A DNA stretch of 25,156 nt from Methanosaeta sp. PtaB.Bin039 (GTDB lineage Archaea > Halobacteriota > Methanosarcinia > Methanotrichales > Methanotrichaceae), in NCBI GenBank assembly GCA_002067795.1, contig MVQI01000024.1:1-25156 (forward strand), read 5' to 3'. Within the stretch, counting starts at the first letter, position 1, and every line of letters begins with the position of its first letter. Below the pieces are notes generated by a model. It saw only the letters and a list, made by a program, of their open reading frames with translations. It was not told the DNA's origin and made no database searches. Positions 8,664 through 16,955 of the stretch are shown piece after piece. The position numbers and the translations under genes are program-made.

Positions 8664-9926
8664 ATGAGACTTGACCCCCCGATAGAGAGCATGCTTGTGG
8701 CATCCAACAGCTACGCCAATAAGGTGAGGCGCTTCAGCTCCAATGCCAGATTGTATCTGGCCTTCCATCTCCTGACCACCGTAAACGCAGGGATCTACGG
8801 GGTTATATTCAACCTCTATATCCTGAGCCTTGGTTTTCGTGAGGACTTCTTAGGTCTGATATTATCCATCTCATCCTTATCGGTCGGACTTTTCGCGATG
8901 CCATCGGCCTTCGTATGCGATCGTCTTGGAAGAAAGAGGACGCTGCTGCTCTCATCGGTTCTCCTTGCAGTATCGCTCCTGTTTCTCTACAACACAACGT
9001 CTCAGGTGCTGCTAGTGGCCTTCAGCATAGCGTTTGGGATGGCCTCAAGCTTGAGCCTGATAACAGGATCGATATTTCTGCTGGAGAATTCCTCAGCTGA
9101 GGAGAGAATGTACCTCTTCTCTATGTCCTCTCTGATCTACACCATCTCTGCATTATCCGGAAATATGATCGGAGGCTTTTTGCCGGGCATTCTTTCGGAT
9201 ATGTTCACACTGGATGCCGACAGTATCGTTGCATACAGAATTACCCTCTATGTTTCATTGACAGCGATAATAATCTCGATGCTGCCGCTGGCATATATGA
9301 GAGAGGAGCGCCGCATGGAAATGGCGATCTCAAGCGGCCAGCTTCTGGCCTATAAATCGGTGTTTGGGTCCAAGAACGCCAGAAGGATGGTCCTATTCTT
9401 TTGCCTTTTCGGCATAGGATGGGGCATGTCGCTTCCCTACTTCAACGTGTATCTCGATTCTTTCTTGGGTGCGAGTGCAAGCCAAATCGGCATGATCTTT
9501 TCTGCGTCTCAGGTGTTCATGGTGGTCGGATACTTCCTGGTGCCCATCTTCGCAGAGAGGGTCGGAAAGATAAGGCTGGCCTCCTCTGTTCAGATACTGT
9601 CCATACCGTTCCTGCTTATGTTCACCTTTGCCTCCAACCTGCTTGTGGCAGCAACTGGATTTGTGATGCGCTACATGCTGATGAACATGGCAAATCCGGT
9701 ATTGAACAGCTTCAAGCTGGAGATCGTCCGTCCAAACGAGAGATCGATGATCAACAGCATCACCTGGATGGCCTGCCATACCTTTGTGGGAGTTGGGACC
9801 TATGCGGGAGGAATGATGATGGCTAATGGATGGAACAGCATGCCGTTTCTGGTGACAGGCGTATTTTATGCGGTCTCCGCCGCATATTATTATATATGCT
9901 TCAATAAGCTTGAAGAGACGGCATGA
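8664..9926 (+). CDS. Major facilitator superfamily (MFS) transporter
   Basis: It is about 420 aa with about 12 predicted hydrophobic helices. An MFS-like loop motif DRLGRKRTLL (G-R-[KR] type) follows TM2. A second half-repeat is present. An AT-rich promoter region lies upstream (8340..8663). Confidence 0.8.
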   Translation: MRLDPPIESMLVASNSYANKVRRFSSNARLYLAFHLLTTVNAGIYGVIFNLYILSLGFREDFLGLILSISSLSVGLFAMPSAFVCDRLGRKRTLLLSSVLLAVSLLFLYNTTSQVLLVAFSIAFGMASSLSLITGSIFLLENSSAEERMYLFSMSSLIYTISALSGNMIGGFLPGILSDMFTLDADSIVAYRITLYVSLTAIIISMLPLAYMREERRMEMAISSGQLLAYKSVFGSKNARRMVLFFCLFGIGWGMSLPYFNVYLDSFLGASASQIGMIFSASQVFMVVGYFLVPIFAERVGKIRLASSVQILSIPFLLMFTFASNLLVAATGFVMRYMLMNMANPVLNSFKLEIVRPNERSMINSITWMACHTFVGVGTYAGGMMMANGWNSMPFLVTGVFYAVSAAYYYICFNKLEETA

Positions 9927-10247
9927 TAGCATGCACCCGAGTCAATGGAAATGCGATCAACAAGGCTGGGACCGAAAAACAAATGCATCCTGCCAGTGAC
10001 AAACCTATCACTTTGAACCACCCGCTTCTGTGTCCCCGGCTTTTCCGTCTCTCCCTTCCTGCTCCTTATCATCTGGTCTGCCGGCATCCTCCGCGTGGCC
10101 GTACCTCTCTGGAAGCTCCTCAGGAAGATCAGCGCCGCACACAGCTCTTCACAGCTGTATGACTAATCGCCACCAGAATTAAACCGTATCGATTCGTCCG
10201 GCCTGCTACCACAAGGGCTATTATCCCAAGGGCCCTCCTCCCCACCC

Positions 10248-11204
10248 ATGCCAAACCTCAACGTGGTGGTCCTGGGTCCAGCCGGCTACTCCAAGGAGCT
10301 GGGAAAGACGGGAACCACTAGCGATATGACCTTTTACAATCTGAAAAGGGGCGAGGATACCGTCACCTTCATAGAGCCCACCCGCTACCCGGAACGTCTG
10401 GCACCCCTCTTTTACGCAGCAACTCTTGCCAGGATGGCGGTTTTGGTGGTGGAGAAGATCGATCCGGCATTCGGAGAGTGCGTCCTGATGCTCGACTGCC
10501 TGGGCATATCCTCCGGCTATCTGATCCTCCGCAACTTCATCCAGAAGGAGCAGGTCTTGCCGCTCATCAAGGGAACGGTCGCAGAGGGCTATGAGCTGCT
10601 GGCAGACGATCCCATTGTCCTGCGTGAGCGCCTGCTGGAAGAGGCGACAAAGGAGAATCCGGCCTTAGACGCTCCCGTTGGCAGCATGCCTGTGGACCAC
10701 TTCTTCAGCGTCCGCGGCGTCGGCACGGTTGTCCTTGGTGCTGTCACCCGGGGCAGCTTAAAGAAGCACGACTCGTTGCGAATCCTGCCGGGCGAAAAGA
10801 CCGCCCAGATCCGCTCGATTCAGAAGCACGACCAGGATTTCGATGCGGCTGGTCAGGGTGAGAGGACCGGACTTGCGCTGAAGGGAATAGAGGTGGACGA
10901 CCTTGACCGCGGCGTTGTGCTCACCACTGATCCGTCCATCAAGGTCAGCAGCTCTGTGCAGGCAAAAGCGCGGCTGGTAAAATACTGGCCATCGCCGCTG
11001 AAGGAAGGCATGGTGCTGCACCTGGGCCACTGGATGCAGTTCGTGCCTGCCAGGGTCGAGTCGGCCAGCGGAGACGACTGGCACAGGCCACTTCTTCAGC
11101 TATCCCTCGACAAGCCACTCGTGCATCCGCCAGGCGCCTCTGGAGTGCTCACCTATCCGGAAGGAGGCAAGCTTCGAGTCGTGGGGACGGTAGAGCTGCC
11201 CTGA
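10248..11204 (+). CDS. EF-Tu/EF-1alpha/SelB-like protein with degenerate GTPase motifs (pseudo-GTPase paralog of translation elongation factors)
   Basis: The N-terminus NLNVVVLGPAGYSKELGK aligns with the EF1A G1 region NLVVIGHVDHGKST but lacks an intact P-loop. FIEPTRYP replaces the G3 FIDAPGH. Domain II beta-barrel signatures are well conserved (FSVRGVGTVVLGAVTRGSLKKHDSLRILPG...IRSIQKHDQDFDAAGQGERTGLALKGIEVDDLDRG). Confidence 0.6.
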   Translation: MPNLNVVVLGPAGYSKELGKTGTTSDMTFYNLKRGEDTVTFIEPTRYPERLAPLFYAATLARMAVLVVEKIDPAFGECVLMLDCLGISSGYLILRNFIQKEQVLPLIKGTVAEGYELLADDPIVLRERLLEEATKENPALDAPVGSMPVDHFFSVRGVGTVVLGAVTRGSLKKHDSLRILPGEKTAQIRSIQKHDQDFDAAGQGERTGLALKGIEVDDLDRGVVLTTDPSIKVSSSVQAKARLVKYWPSPLKEGMVLHLGHWMQFVPARVESASGDDWHRPLLQLSLDKPLVHPPGASGVLTYPEGGKLRVVGTVELP

Positions 11205-11256
11205 GAGGATCGGGGAACTCTAATCCCTCAGGGCCAGCCCCAAACACCACGCACTT

Positions 11257-11290
11257 ACACGCTTTTTCGGAAAAACCTGAAAAAGCGTGT
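11257..11290. terminator. Perfect 11-bp stem hairpin (acacgcttttt / aaaaagcgtgt, 12-nt loop) between convergent genes. It is a likely bidirectional terminator.
   Basis: I read it directly: ACACGCTTTTT cggaaaaacctg AAAAAGCGTGT. T-runs lie inside both arms. It is located in the 236-nt convergent gap 11205..11440. Confidence 0.4.
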
Positions 11291-11440
11291 TTCTCATGGG
11301 GCAGGTCTGAAAAGCCTGTCAGATTTTGCCAGGGAACCGAAAGATCGGATAAGAAAAGGAAAGGTCGAAGAGGATTGCGATAGGGAATTTGGTCCGGCCG
11401 AACACCTGCGGCCGAAACCGTCCTGTTGCCCATCTCCGTC

Positions 11441-12223
11441 TCACTGGGTCAGCCCTGCCCTCCACTTCAGCATCCTCTCCTCAACCACGTAGCGGAAGGC
11501 CCTGTCGATGAACAGGCCCAGCAATCCCAGGACTATCATGTAGAGGAGCACGTACTCCATCTTGTGCAGGTAGTAGTACGACCAGATGCGGTAGCCCAGC
11601 CCGCTGGTGCTGACACCGAACATCTCTGCAGCTACAAGGCACATCCAGGATATGCCCATGGCGATCCTTACGCCTCCGGCTATTGAGGGCAGGGCGTACG
11701 GGAAAGCCACGTAGCGGATAAGGTCTCGATTGCTTGTAGCACCCAGCACCTTGGCCGACTCCACGAATACCCGAGGCAGGCTTCTAAATCCCACATAGGT
11801 GTTGATCAGTATGGGAAAGACCGCTCCGACAAATACGATGAACCCGGCGGACTCGTGAGTCAGGCCGAACCAGACGATGGCGAACGGTATCCAGGCCAGC
11901 GGAGGTATGGGCCGTATCACCTCCACCATGGGGTCGATCAGCCGGTCCATGTGCCTAGACCATCCCATTCCCATGCCCAGTGGAAGGGCGAGGAGCACTC
12001 CGGCTCCCATGCCCAACCCGAAGTGAAGCAGGCTTATTGGCAGATCCTGAAATATCAGGGTCTTCCAGCTTGCCTCGAGGGCGACGAGGACCTGCAGAAA
12101 GCTGGGCAGGATCAGGGTGTCGCCCACGAGCATTGCCACGGCCTGCCATACAAGGACCAGGCTGGCAAGGGAGAGGGCGGAAATCCACTCCCTGCGAAGC
12201 GTCTTCGCCCAGTCGCCGTTCAT
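11441..12223 (-). CDS. ABC transporter permease, NitT/TauT family (SsuC/TauC-like; sulfonate/nitrate/taurine type)
   Basis: This is a binding-protein-dependent inner-membrane component fold with 6 TM helices. The EAA-like loop region is ESAKVLGATSNRDLIRYVAFPYALPSIAGGVRIAMGISWMCLVAAEM. The track ORF starts at a TTG at 12283 and would overlap the upstream gene by 20 nt. The ATG at 12223 (MNGDWAKTL) lies 40 nt after the binding-protein stop and is preferred. Confidence 0.85.
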   Translation of the reverse strand: MNGDWAKTLRREWISALSLASLVLVWQAVAMLVGDTLILPSFLQVLVALEASWKTLIFQDLPISLLHFGLGMGAGVLLALPLGMGMGWSRHMDRLIDPMVEVIRPIPPLAWIPFAIVWFGLTHESAGFIVFVGAVFPILINTYVGFRSLPRVFVESAKVLGATSNRDLIRYVAFPYALPSIAGGVRIAMGISWMCLVAAEMFGVSTSGLGYRIWSYYYLHKMEYVLLYMIVLGLLGLFIDRAFRYVVEERMLKWRAGLTQ

Positions 12224-12263
12224 CTTCGACTCCTGCCTGAGCCTGGTATCGCGATCCAGCTCA

Positions 12264-13241
12264 TCAGGCCTTCGCCCTGTCAAAGAAGCTGGTGTCGAAG
12301 AGCTCCTCCTCAGACAGCTCCTTTTGGGTGTAGTTCATCTGATAGTCCACCTTGGCATACTCCAGGGTAGAGGGGATCTGGATGTGGGGATCGCTCACCC
12401 ACTCGCCGTCCCAGTTCTTGACGGAGTGCATGACCGTCTTGAGATCCTGCTTGGTGCGGTTGGCGTAGATCTCCGCAGCCTCCTCCGGATGGGAGTTAAC
12501 ATACTCGGTTGCCTTCAGGTGGGTCTTGACGATCTGAGCCACCAGCTCCGGATTGTCCCGGATCAGCCGGCCGCTGACAACAAGGCTGCAGCAGGCGTGG
12601 TTGGGCCACATCTGGCCGGAGGGCAGCGCCTCCTGTCCTTTGCCCTCCAGGATGACTATCGACGGCGACGGTGCAGGCAGGAAGACCCCATCGACCTTGC
12701 CGGCGGAGATGGCAGTAACTGCATCTCCCGGCCCCATGGGCAGGATCCTTACCTTGTCGATGTCAACTCCGTTTTCCTGCAGCCACTTCTTCATCACAGT
12801 GTCCTGGATTGACCCAGGCGGAAATGTGCCGATGCTCATCCCTTCAAGTGAGGACGGTCCCAGATAGGCTTTATCTGGCCTCAGGACAAGGTCGGAGCCG
12901 TTGGTATTGACGGCGGCCACGATCTTGGCATCCAGGCCGCTGGCAATTGCCGAGATCGGCGGGGCTGTTCCTACGTAGGCCACATCAAGGCTTCCGGCCA
13001 GCATGGCCTGCATCTCAGGCGGACCGGAGGGAAATTCGAACTCCTTTATCTCGGTAATTCCGAAGGGCTTCAAGTCCTCCAGCCACCATCCTTTCTCCAT
13101 GGCCACCATCTCGGCGATCTGGTGGGTGCTGGGCTGGTAACCTATGTTCAATGTGGTCACCTCGGCCTTCTTCTCCGAGATGCAACCCAGCGTAGCAACC
13201 ACTGCCAGGGCAACAACAGCAATAATTATCTGGCTTCTCAA
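12264..13241 (-). CDS. ABC transporter substrate-binding lipoprotein, NitT/TauT (SsuA/TauA/NMT1-like) family
   Basis: It has a lipoprotein-type signal peptide with a lipobox-like LGC (M/L-RSQIIIAVVALAVVATLGC|ISEK). Its periplasmic binding-protein class II architecture is similar to aliphatic sulfonate/taurine binders (LNIGYQPSTHQ...DVAYVGTAPPISA). The only available start is a TTG at 13241, because a TGA stop lies 2 codons upstream in frame. Confidence 0.8.
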   Translation of the reverse strand: MRSQIIIAVVALAVVATLGCISEKKAEVTTLNIGYQPSTHQIAEMVAMEKGWWLEDLKPFGITEIKEFEFPSGPPEMQAMLAGSLDVAYVGTAPPISAIASGLDAKIVAAVNTNGSDLVLRPDKAYLGPSSLEGMSIGTFPPGSIQDTVMKKWLQENGVDIDKVRILPMGPGDAVTAISAGKVDGVFLPAPSPSIVILEGKGQEALPSGQMWPNHACCSLVVSGRLIRDNPELVAQIVKTHLKATEYVNSHPEEAAEIYANRTKQDLKTVMHSVKNWDGEWVSDPHIQIPSTLEYAKVDYQMNYTQKELSEEELFDTSFFDRAKA

Positions 13242-13675
13242 ATGGCATCACCCCGATGATACTTACGGATCGGATGAATCCATGACTCTGCTCGGTCGGT
13301 TTGTATAAAGTTCTTTCCCGCCAGGCAGCCTATTGTTCCTTTTCGGGCAAATCATCTCTTTGATTTGGACAAAAATATCTCGTATAGAGGTGCAAGCGGC
13401 ATAGATGGTCGCGAAAGGCGATCTGCAGCAAAGCAGATATCCTAAGAGAGCGAACTTGGGGCGAGGCCAGTGGATGCGATTGAGTCATTTTAGGATATGG
13501 CCTTCCGAGGAGACCAGGAGAGAACAGGATGCCTGAAATCCCAAAGGAAAAGAGACGTCTTATCCAAGGACCATGCAGCTCCTGCCAGAAAACTGTTCGA
13601 CGAGACGCAATTTTCGGCAAGATTAGATCCATTTCGCAGGCCAGGGATTCGCATCTACAAGGTTGCAGGTGAATA

Positions 13676-14932
13676 ATGAGATCGGCTTTCGAGATCTCGG
13701 AGAAGATAAGAAGAGGCCACGGAGTGGTGATGACAGTCGGCGAGCTCCAGCATCTGGCCGAGAGCGGAGACGGAGAGGGGATCGAGGAGGTTGACGTCAT
13801 AACCACAGCTACCCGTGCGGTCATGAGCGGAACTTATGCCGTTCTATCCTTTCCGGCAGCCTGTCCGGGCGCGTTCATCAGGGCCAGGTCTGCCAGGCTC
13901 AACGGCGTCTTGGCCAATGTGGGCCCATGCCCCAACGAGCGGCTGGGTGTGCTCGATCTGGTGGTGTTCGGCACCGGACACAGGGATGCCAGATATGGCG
14001 GCGGGCATCTATTCCGGGACCTGGTTGAGGGAAAAGGGGTGACAGTGGAGATCGAGACGTCAGATGGCCGAATCCTGAAGGACGAGACCTCCCTTGCACG
14101 GATGCAGTCCGCGCGGCTATTCGGAAGCCGCCACTGCTTCAAGAACTACTCCGCCTTCGTCAATCCGGGATGCCAGGATGTAAGGACCATATTTCATGCG
14201 GTCGGCTTTCCGCCGAACCTGGCTGCAGCCACCTTCTCCGGATGCGGCCGCTACAGCCCGCTGCAGTGCGATCCTCTTTTAGAGGGCATCGGCGCAGGCA
14301 GCCGAATACTGATGAACGGCGCAACAGGCATGGTAATTGGGCCCGGCACACGCAGCAGCAAACAGCGCCCGAACCTTAGCGGATTTGCCGATATGGCTGG
14401 AATGGACCCGCAGCTGATGGGCGGCTTCATCACGTCGGCAGGCCCGGAATGCATCTGCTCCTGGGCTGTGGCAATCCCTGTTGTCAGCCCATCCATTTTG
14501 CAGGCTGCCCTGACCCCTGACCGGGATATCCACATGCCTGTGATGGACGTCGTAGAGCGCAGGCCACTGGGAGAGGCAGACTACGGCCAGGTCTGGGACG
14601 ATGTGGACCTGGCGGTGCGATTCTCACCTCAGGCGTGCCGAGGCTGCCAGGCCTGCCAGGCAGAGGAGAGCTGTCCCACCCAGGCGATTGGCCGGGATAA
14701 AGGGATAAGGATTGACCGCAGCCTGTGCTTCAACTGTGGGCTTTGTTCTACGATCTGTCCGGACGTCTTCGCCGCCAGGCTGGGATCGATCGGGCTTGCA
14801 GGAAGACAGGTGCCGGTGGCCATGCGCCAGTCTGACCGGGCCAGGGCCCAGAAGATGGCTGCTGACCTGAAACGGCGAATACTCGACGGCTCTTTCCAGA
14901 TAACTCCGATGATCGATGCTATCCGGTTCTAG
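13676..14932 (+). CDS. COG1900/DUF39-domain protein with C-terminal 2x[4Fe-4S] ferredoxin domain. It is a homolog class of MA3299/MJ1681, a putative sulfoacetaldehyde-to-CoM sulfur-inserting enzyme. The homocysteine-synthesis protein MA1821 is a related paralog.
   Basis: The N-terminus ISEKIRRGHGVVMTVGEL matches the conserved start of DUF39 proteins. The C-terminus carries two ferredoxin-type cysteine motifs, CRGCQACQAEESCP and CFNCGLCSTICP. Its genomic context is convergent with comDE, and its stop overlaps the comE stop region by 14 nt. GGTGA lies 6 nt upstream of ATG 13676. Confidence 0.7.
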   Translation: MRSAFEISEKIRRGHGVVMTVGELQHLAESGDGEGIEEVDVITTATRAVMSGTYAVLSFPAACPGAFIRARSARLNGVLANVGPCPNERLGVLDLVVFGTGHRDARYGGGHLFRDLVEGKGVTVEIETSDGRILKDETSLARMQSARLFGSRHCFKNYSAFVNPGCQDVRTIFHAVGFPPNLAAATFSGCGRYSPLQCDPLLEGIGAGSRILMNGATGMVIGPGTRSSKQRPNLSGFADMAGMDPQLMGGFITSAGPECICSWAVAIPVVSPSILQAALTPDRDIHMPVMDVVERRPLGEADYGQVWDDVDLAVRFSPQACRGCQACQAEESCPTQAIGRDKGIRIDRSLCFNCGLCSTICPDVFAARLGSIGLAGRQVPVAMRQSDRARAQKMAADLKRRILDGSFQITPMIDAIRF

Positions 14933-15449
14933 TGGGGAGACAAGAGGTGAACCGGTCCCGGATCTGAAGAGGGGAGAGTGGGATGATCGGTACTTCGGCG
15001 TTTCCAGGCTCTACCCGGACAACCAGGACGCCGGATCGGTCAAGGCTGCGTCGCAGTTCCTCCGAAGTGGCGGCCTGGCCGACCTCCTCCACGCCGGCTG
15101 CCCTTGCCATCTGGACGAGATCGGTCTTCTGGGCTGTGCAGGTCAGCTGGCAGCCTGTGGAGCCGTAAGAGCAGTTATCAAGGATTATCAGCAGGTAGCC
15201 AGAAGGCGCATGGTGAGCGATCGTGGCCAGGGTGCCCAGGTTCATGAGGACTGAGCCGTCGCCGTCGATGACGAAGACCCGGCGTCCGCTGGCCAGCGCA
15301 AGCCCGAGGCCGATTGAAGAGGCGAGCCCCATCGAGCCCAGCATGTAGAAGTTCTCAGGCCGGTCGTAAACAGCGTAAAGCTCCCTGCTGGGATAGCCGA
15401 TGTTGCAGACGAGCAGGGCTTTCTGCCTCACAGCCTGCCCCGCCACCAC
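14919..15449 (-). CDS. comE: Sulfopyruvate decarboxylase beta subunit (thiamine-diphosphate-binding)
   Basis: It has the TPP-binding motif GDGS...N (VIDGDGSVLMNLGTLATI). LVCNIGYPSRELYAVYDRPENFYMLGSMGLASSIGLGLA closely matches the ComE N-terminus of methanogens. The start is a GTG at 15449. Confidence 0.85.
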   Translation of the reverse strand: MVAGQAVRQKALLVCNIGYPSRELYAVYDRPENFYMLGSMGLASSIGLGLALASGRRVFVIDGDGSVLMNLGTLATIAHHAPSGYLLIILDNCSYGSTGCQLTCTAQKTDLVQMARAAGVEEVGQAATSEELRRSLDRSGVLVVRVEPGNAEVPIIPLSPLQIRDRFTSCLPTRTG

Positions 15450-15493
15450 CTCGATAGCCTCGATGCGTCTCGTATACAGGCCTCCTCAGCTCT

Positions 15494-15967
15494 TCAGATC
15501 CCCTTCCAGAAGTCCAGGTCGAGGAGCACTGCCGCCAGAGTACCCCTTTCCCATGCTGCTGCAGCGGCATGGGCCACGAACGACCTGGCCTGCTGCGGCC
15601 GTGGTGTCCAGCTTGGTATGCCCAGAGCATCCAGCAAGGGCGCGGTCAGCCGGCCCATCGGGATCTGGCCGGAGATCTTCTCCCCACTGGACCCCCTGTG
15701 GCTTATTATCATCAGCAGGGGCAGCCCGTAGAGCTGATCCAGCGAGGCAAGGGCGTTGATGCTATTTCCCAGGCCGGAGTTTTGCATCAGAAGTGCAGGA
15801 CGGAGGCCTCCCAGGAAAGCTCCGGCGCAGATCCCTACCCCCTCCTCCTCCCTGGTGACCGGGACGAAGCGTATCTCAGGATCTGCCTCGACCATAGTCA
15901 GCAGCTCCTGTAGGTTGATGCAGGGGACGCTGGCCGCAAAGTCGATCCCGCCATCCTTCATCCCCAT
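15494..15967 (-). CDS. comD: Sulfopyruvate decarboxylase alpha subunit
   Basis: The TPP-enzyme N-terminal (pyrimidine-binding) domain is present: PVTREEEGVGICAGAFLGGLRPALLMQNSGLGNSINALASLDQLYGLPLLMIISHRGSSGEKISGQIPMGR. The track ORF extends to 16072 with a low-complexity 35-aa N-extension. I placed the start at the ATG at 15967 (MGMKDGGIDF). The ATG at 15961 is an alternative. A 44-nt gap separates it from comE, which is in a different frame. The two are therefore separate genes, as in Methanocaldococcus, and not the fused comDE of Methanosarcina. Confidence 0.85.
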   Translation of the reverse strand: MGMKDGGIDFAASVPCINLQELLTMVEADPEIRFVPVTREEEGVGICAGAFLGGLRPALLMQNSGLGNSINALASLDQLYGLPLLMIISHRGSSGEKISGQIPMGRLTAPLLDALGIPSWTPRPQQARSFVAHAAAAAWERGTLAAVLLDLDFWKGI

Positions 15968-16128
15968 GAAGATCCAATGGCTTGGGCTCGCAGGATGCTG
16001 GCCAAAAGTGGCCGAATGTCCATCAGAATCGGCTTGCCTGGGCGTTGGCGGCTTGATGTCCATCACCTTCATCTGCTGCAGCTTCTCTCCTGTTTTTCAG
16101 TGGATAAGCGACACCATCGTGGAGGATT

Positions 16129-16575
16129 TCAACGGCTGATGTTTCCGCCGCTGGCCTGGCCGCCCCTCAGATCTGCAGAGCCGGAGAGCTGTTCTTCAAG
16201 CAGAGTGATCATCCAGTTGTAGGCATCCTTAAGCCCCTGCACGTAGCCGGCCTTATACCCCTCCTGGTATCCCCGCAGATAGTCTTCCTGGACATCGGCA
16301 GATGGAGCGGTCCCTGCGAAGCGGCTCGATTGCGATCCTGCCATCCCGTATCCGGATGTGGCCGCGGTCCCTGTCGAGTGAGCCGAAGCAGACTTCTCTG
16401 AAGAGGAGGTCTTGCTCTGCAGCTCGGATCTCGTTGTCGAGGACCCATTGCCGATCGGATTTTGGCCTTCGGCCTCGTCAGGTCCAAAATCCTCGTCCCA
16501 TGGCTGGGATATGCCTGATGATCCTCCCACCACGGCAGCCCCCAGCACGATCAGAAGTAGCGCCAATCGCATCAT
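16129..16575 (-). CDS. Small secreted hypothetical protein with low-complexity Ser/Thr/Gly-rich middle region
   Basis: A signal peptide is present (MMRLALLLIVLGAAVVGGSSG). A long S/T/G-rich linker follows. The structured C-terminal segment EDYLRGYQEGYKAGYVQGLKDAYNWMITLLEEQL contains a Y-x-x-G-Y repeat pattern. It has an ATG start and sits directly upstream of comD on the same strand. Confidence 0.5.
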   Translation of the reverse strand: MMRLALLLIVLGAAVVGGSSGISQPWDEDFGPDEAEGQNPIGNGSSTTRSELQSKTSSSEKSASAHSTGTAATSGYGMAGSQSSRFAGTAPSADVQEDYLRGYQEGYKAGYVQGLKDAYNWMITLLEEQLSGSADLRGGQASGGNISR

Positions 16576-16955
16576 GATTTATCCTCTCCAGGAAGTGCTG
16601 GCCTCTCCTGCCTGCCAGCATATTGATCCACCGCTATGCCCTCTTTGGGCACCCAGCAGATATAATTTAGCCTGCTCTTCCGCATGGCCTGAAAGCCAGC
16701 TGCCTAAATAGAACATCTCACCCGCGGCTGCACAGCAGCTCTATTTCTTCTCTTCGTCGGCGCGTCTCATCCACTTAAGCAATATCCCGATCAGAGCCTG
16801 CGGTTGATGGACGCTTTACTGTCTGGACGAGGGGGCTATCCATCAGCCGAAAAGCAGGTGCCTGGACGGCATGACGGATGAAATAGCTGCTGGCGGCCCT
16901 CTGCATGGACTCAGCGAAATTGTCCAGCCATAGCAAAGATATAAATGGATTTAAC

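Noticed and set aside
15450-15493. comD-comE as a single frameshifted comDE fusion
   Set aside because: The two ORFs are in different frames with a 44-nt spacer containing a GAGG-like RBS before the comE GTG. Separate genes are known in other methanogens. Only resequencing could fully exclude a fusion.
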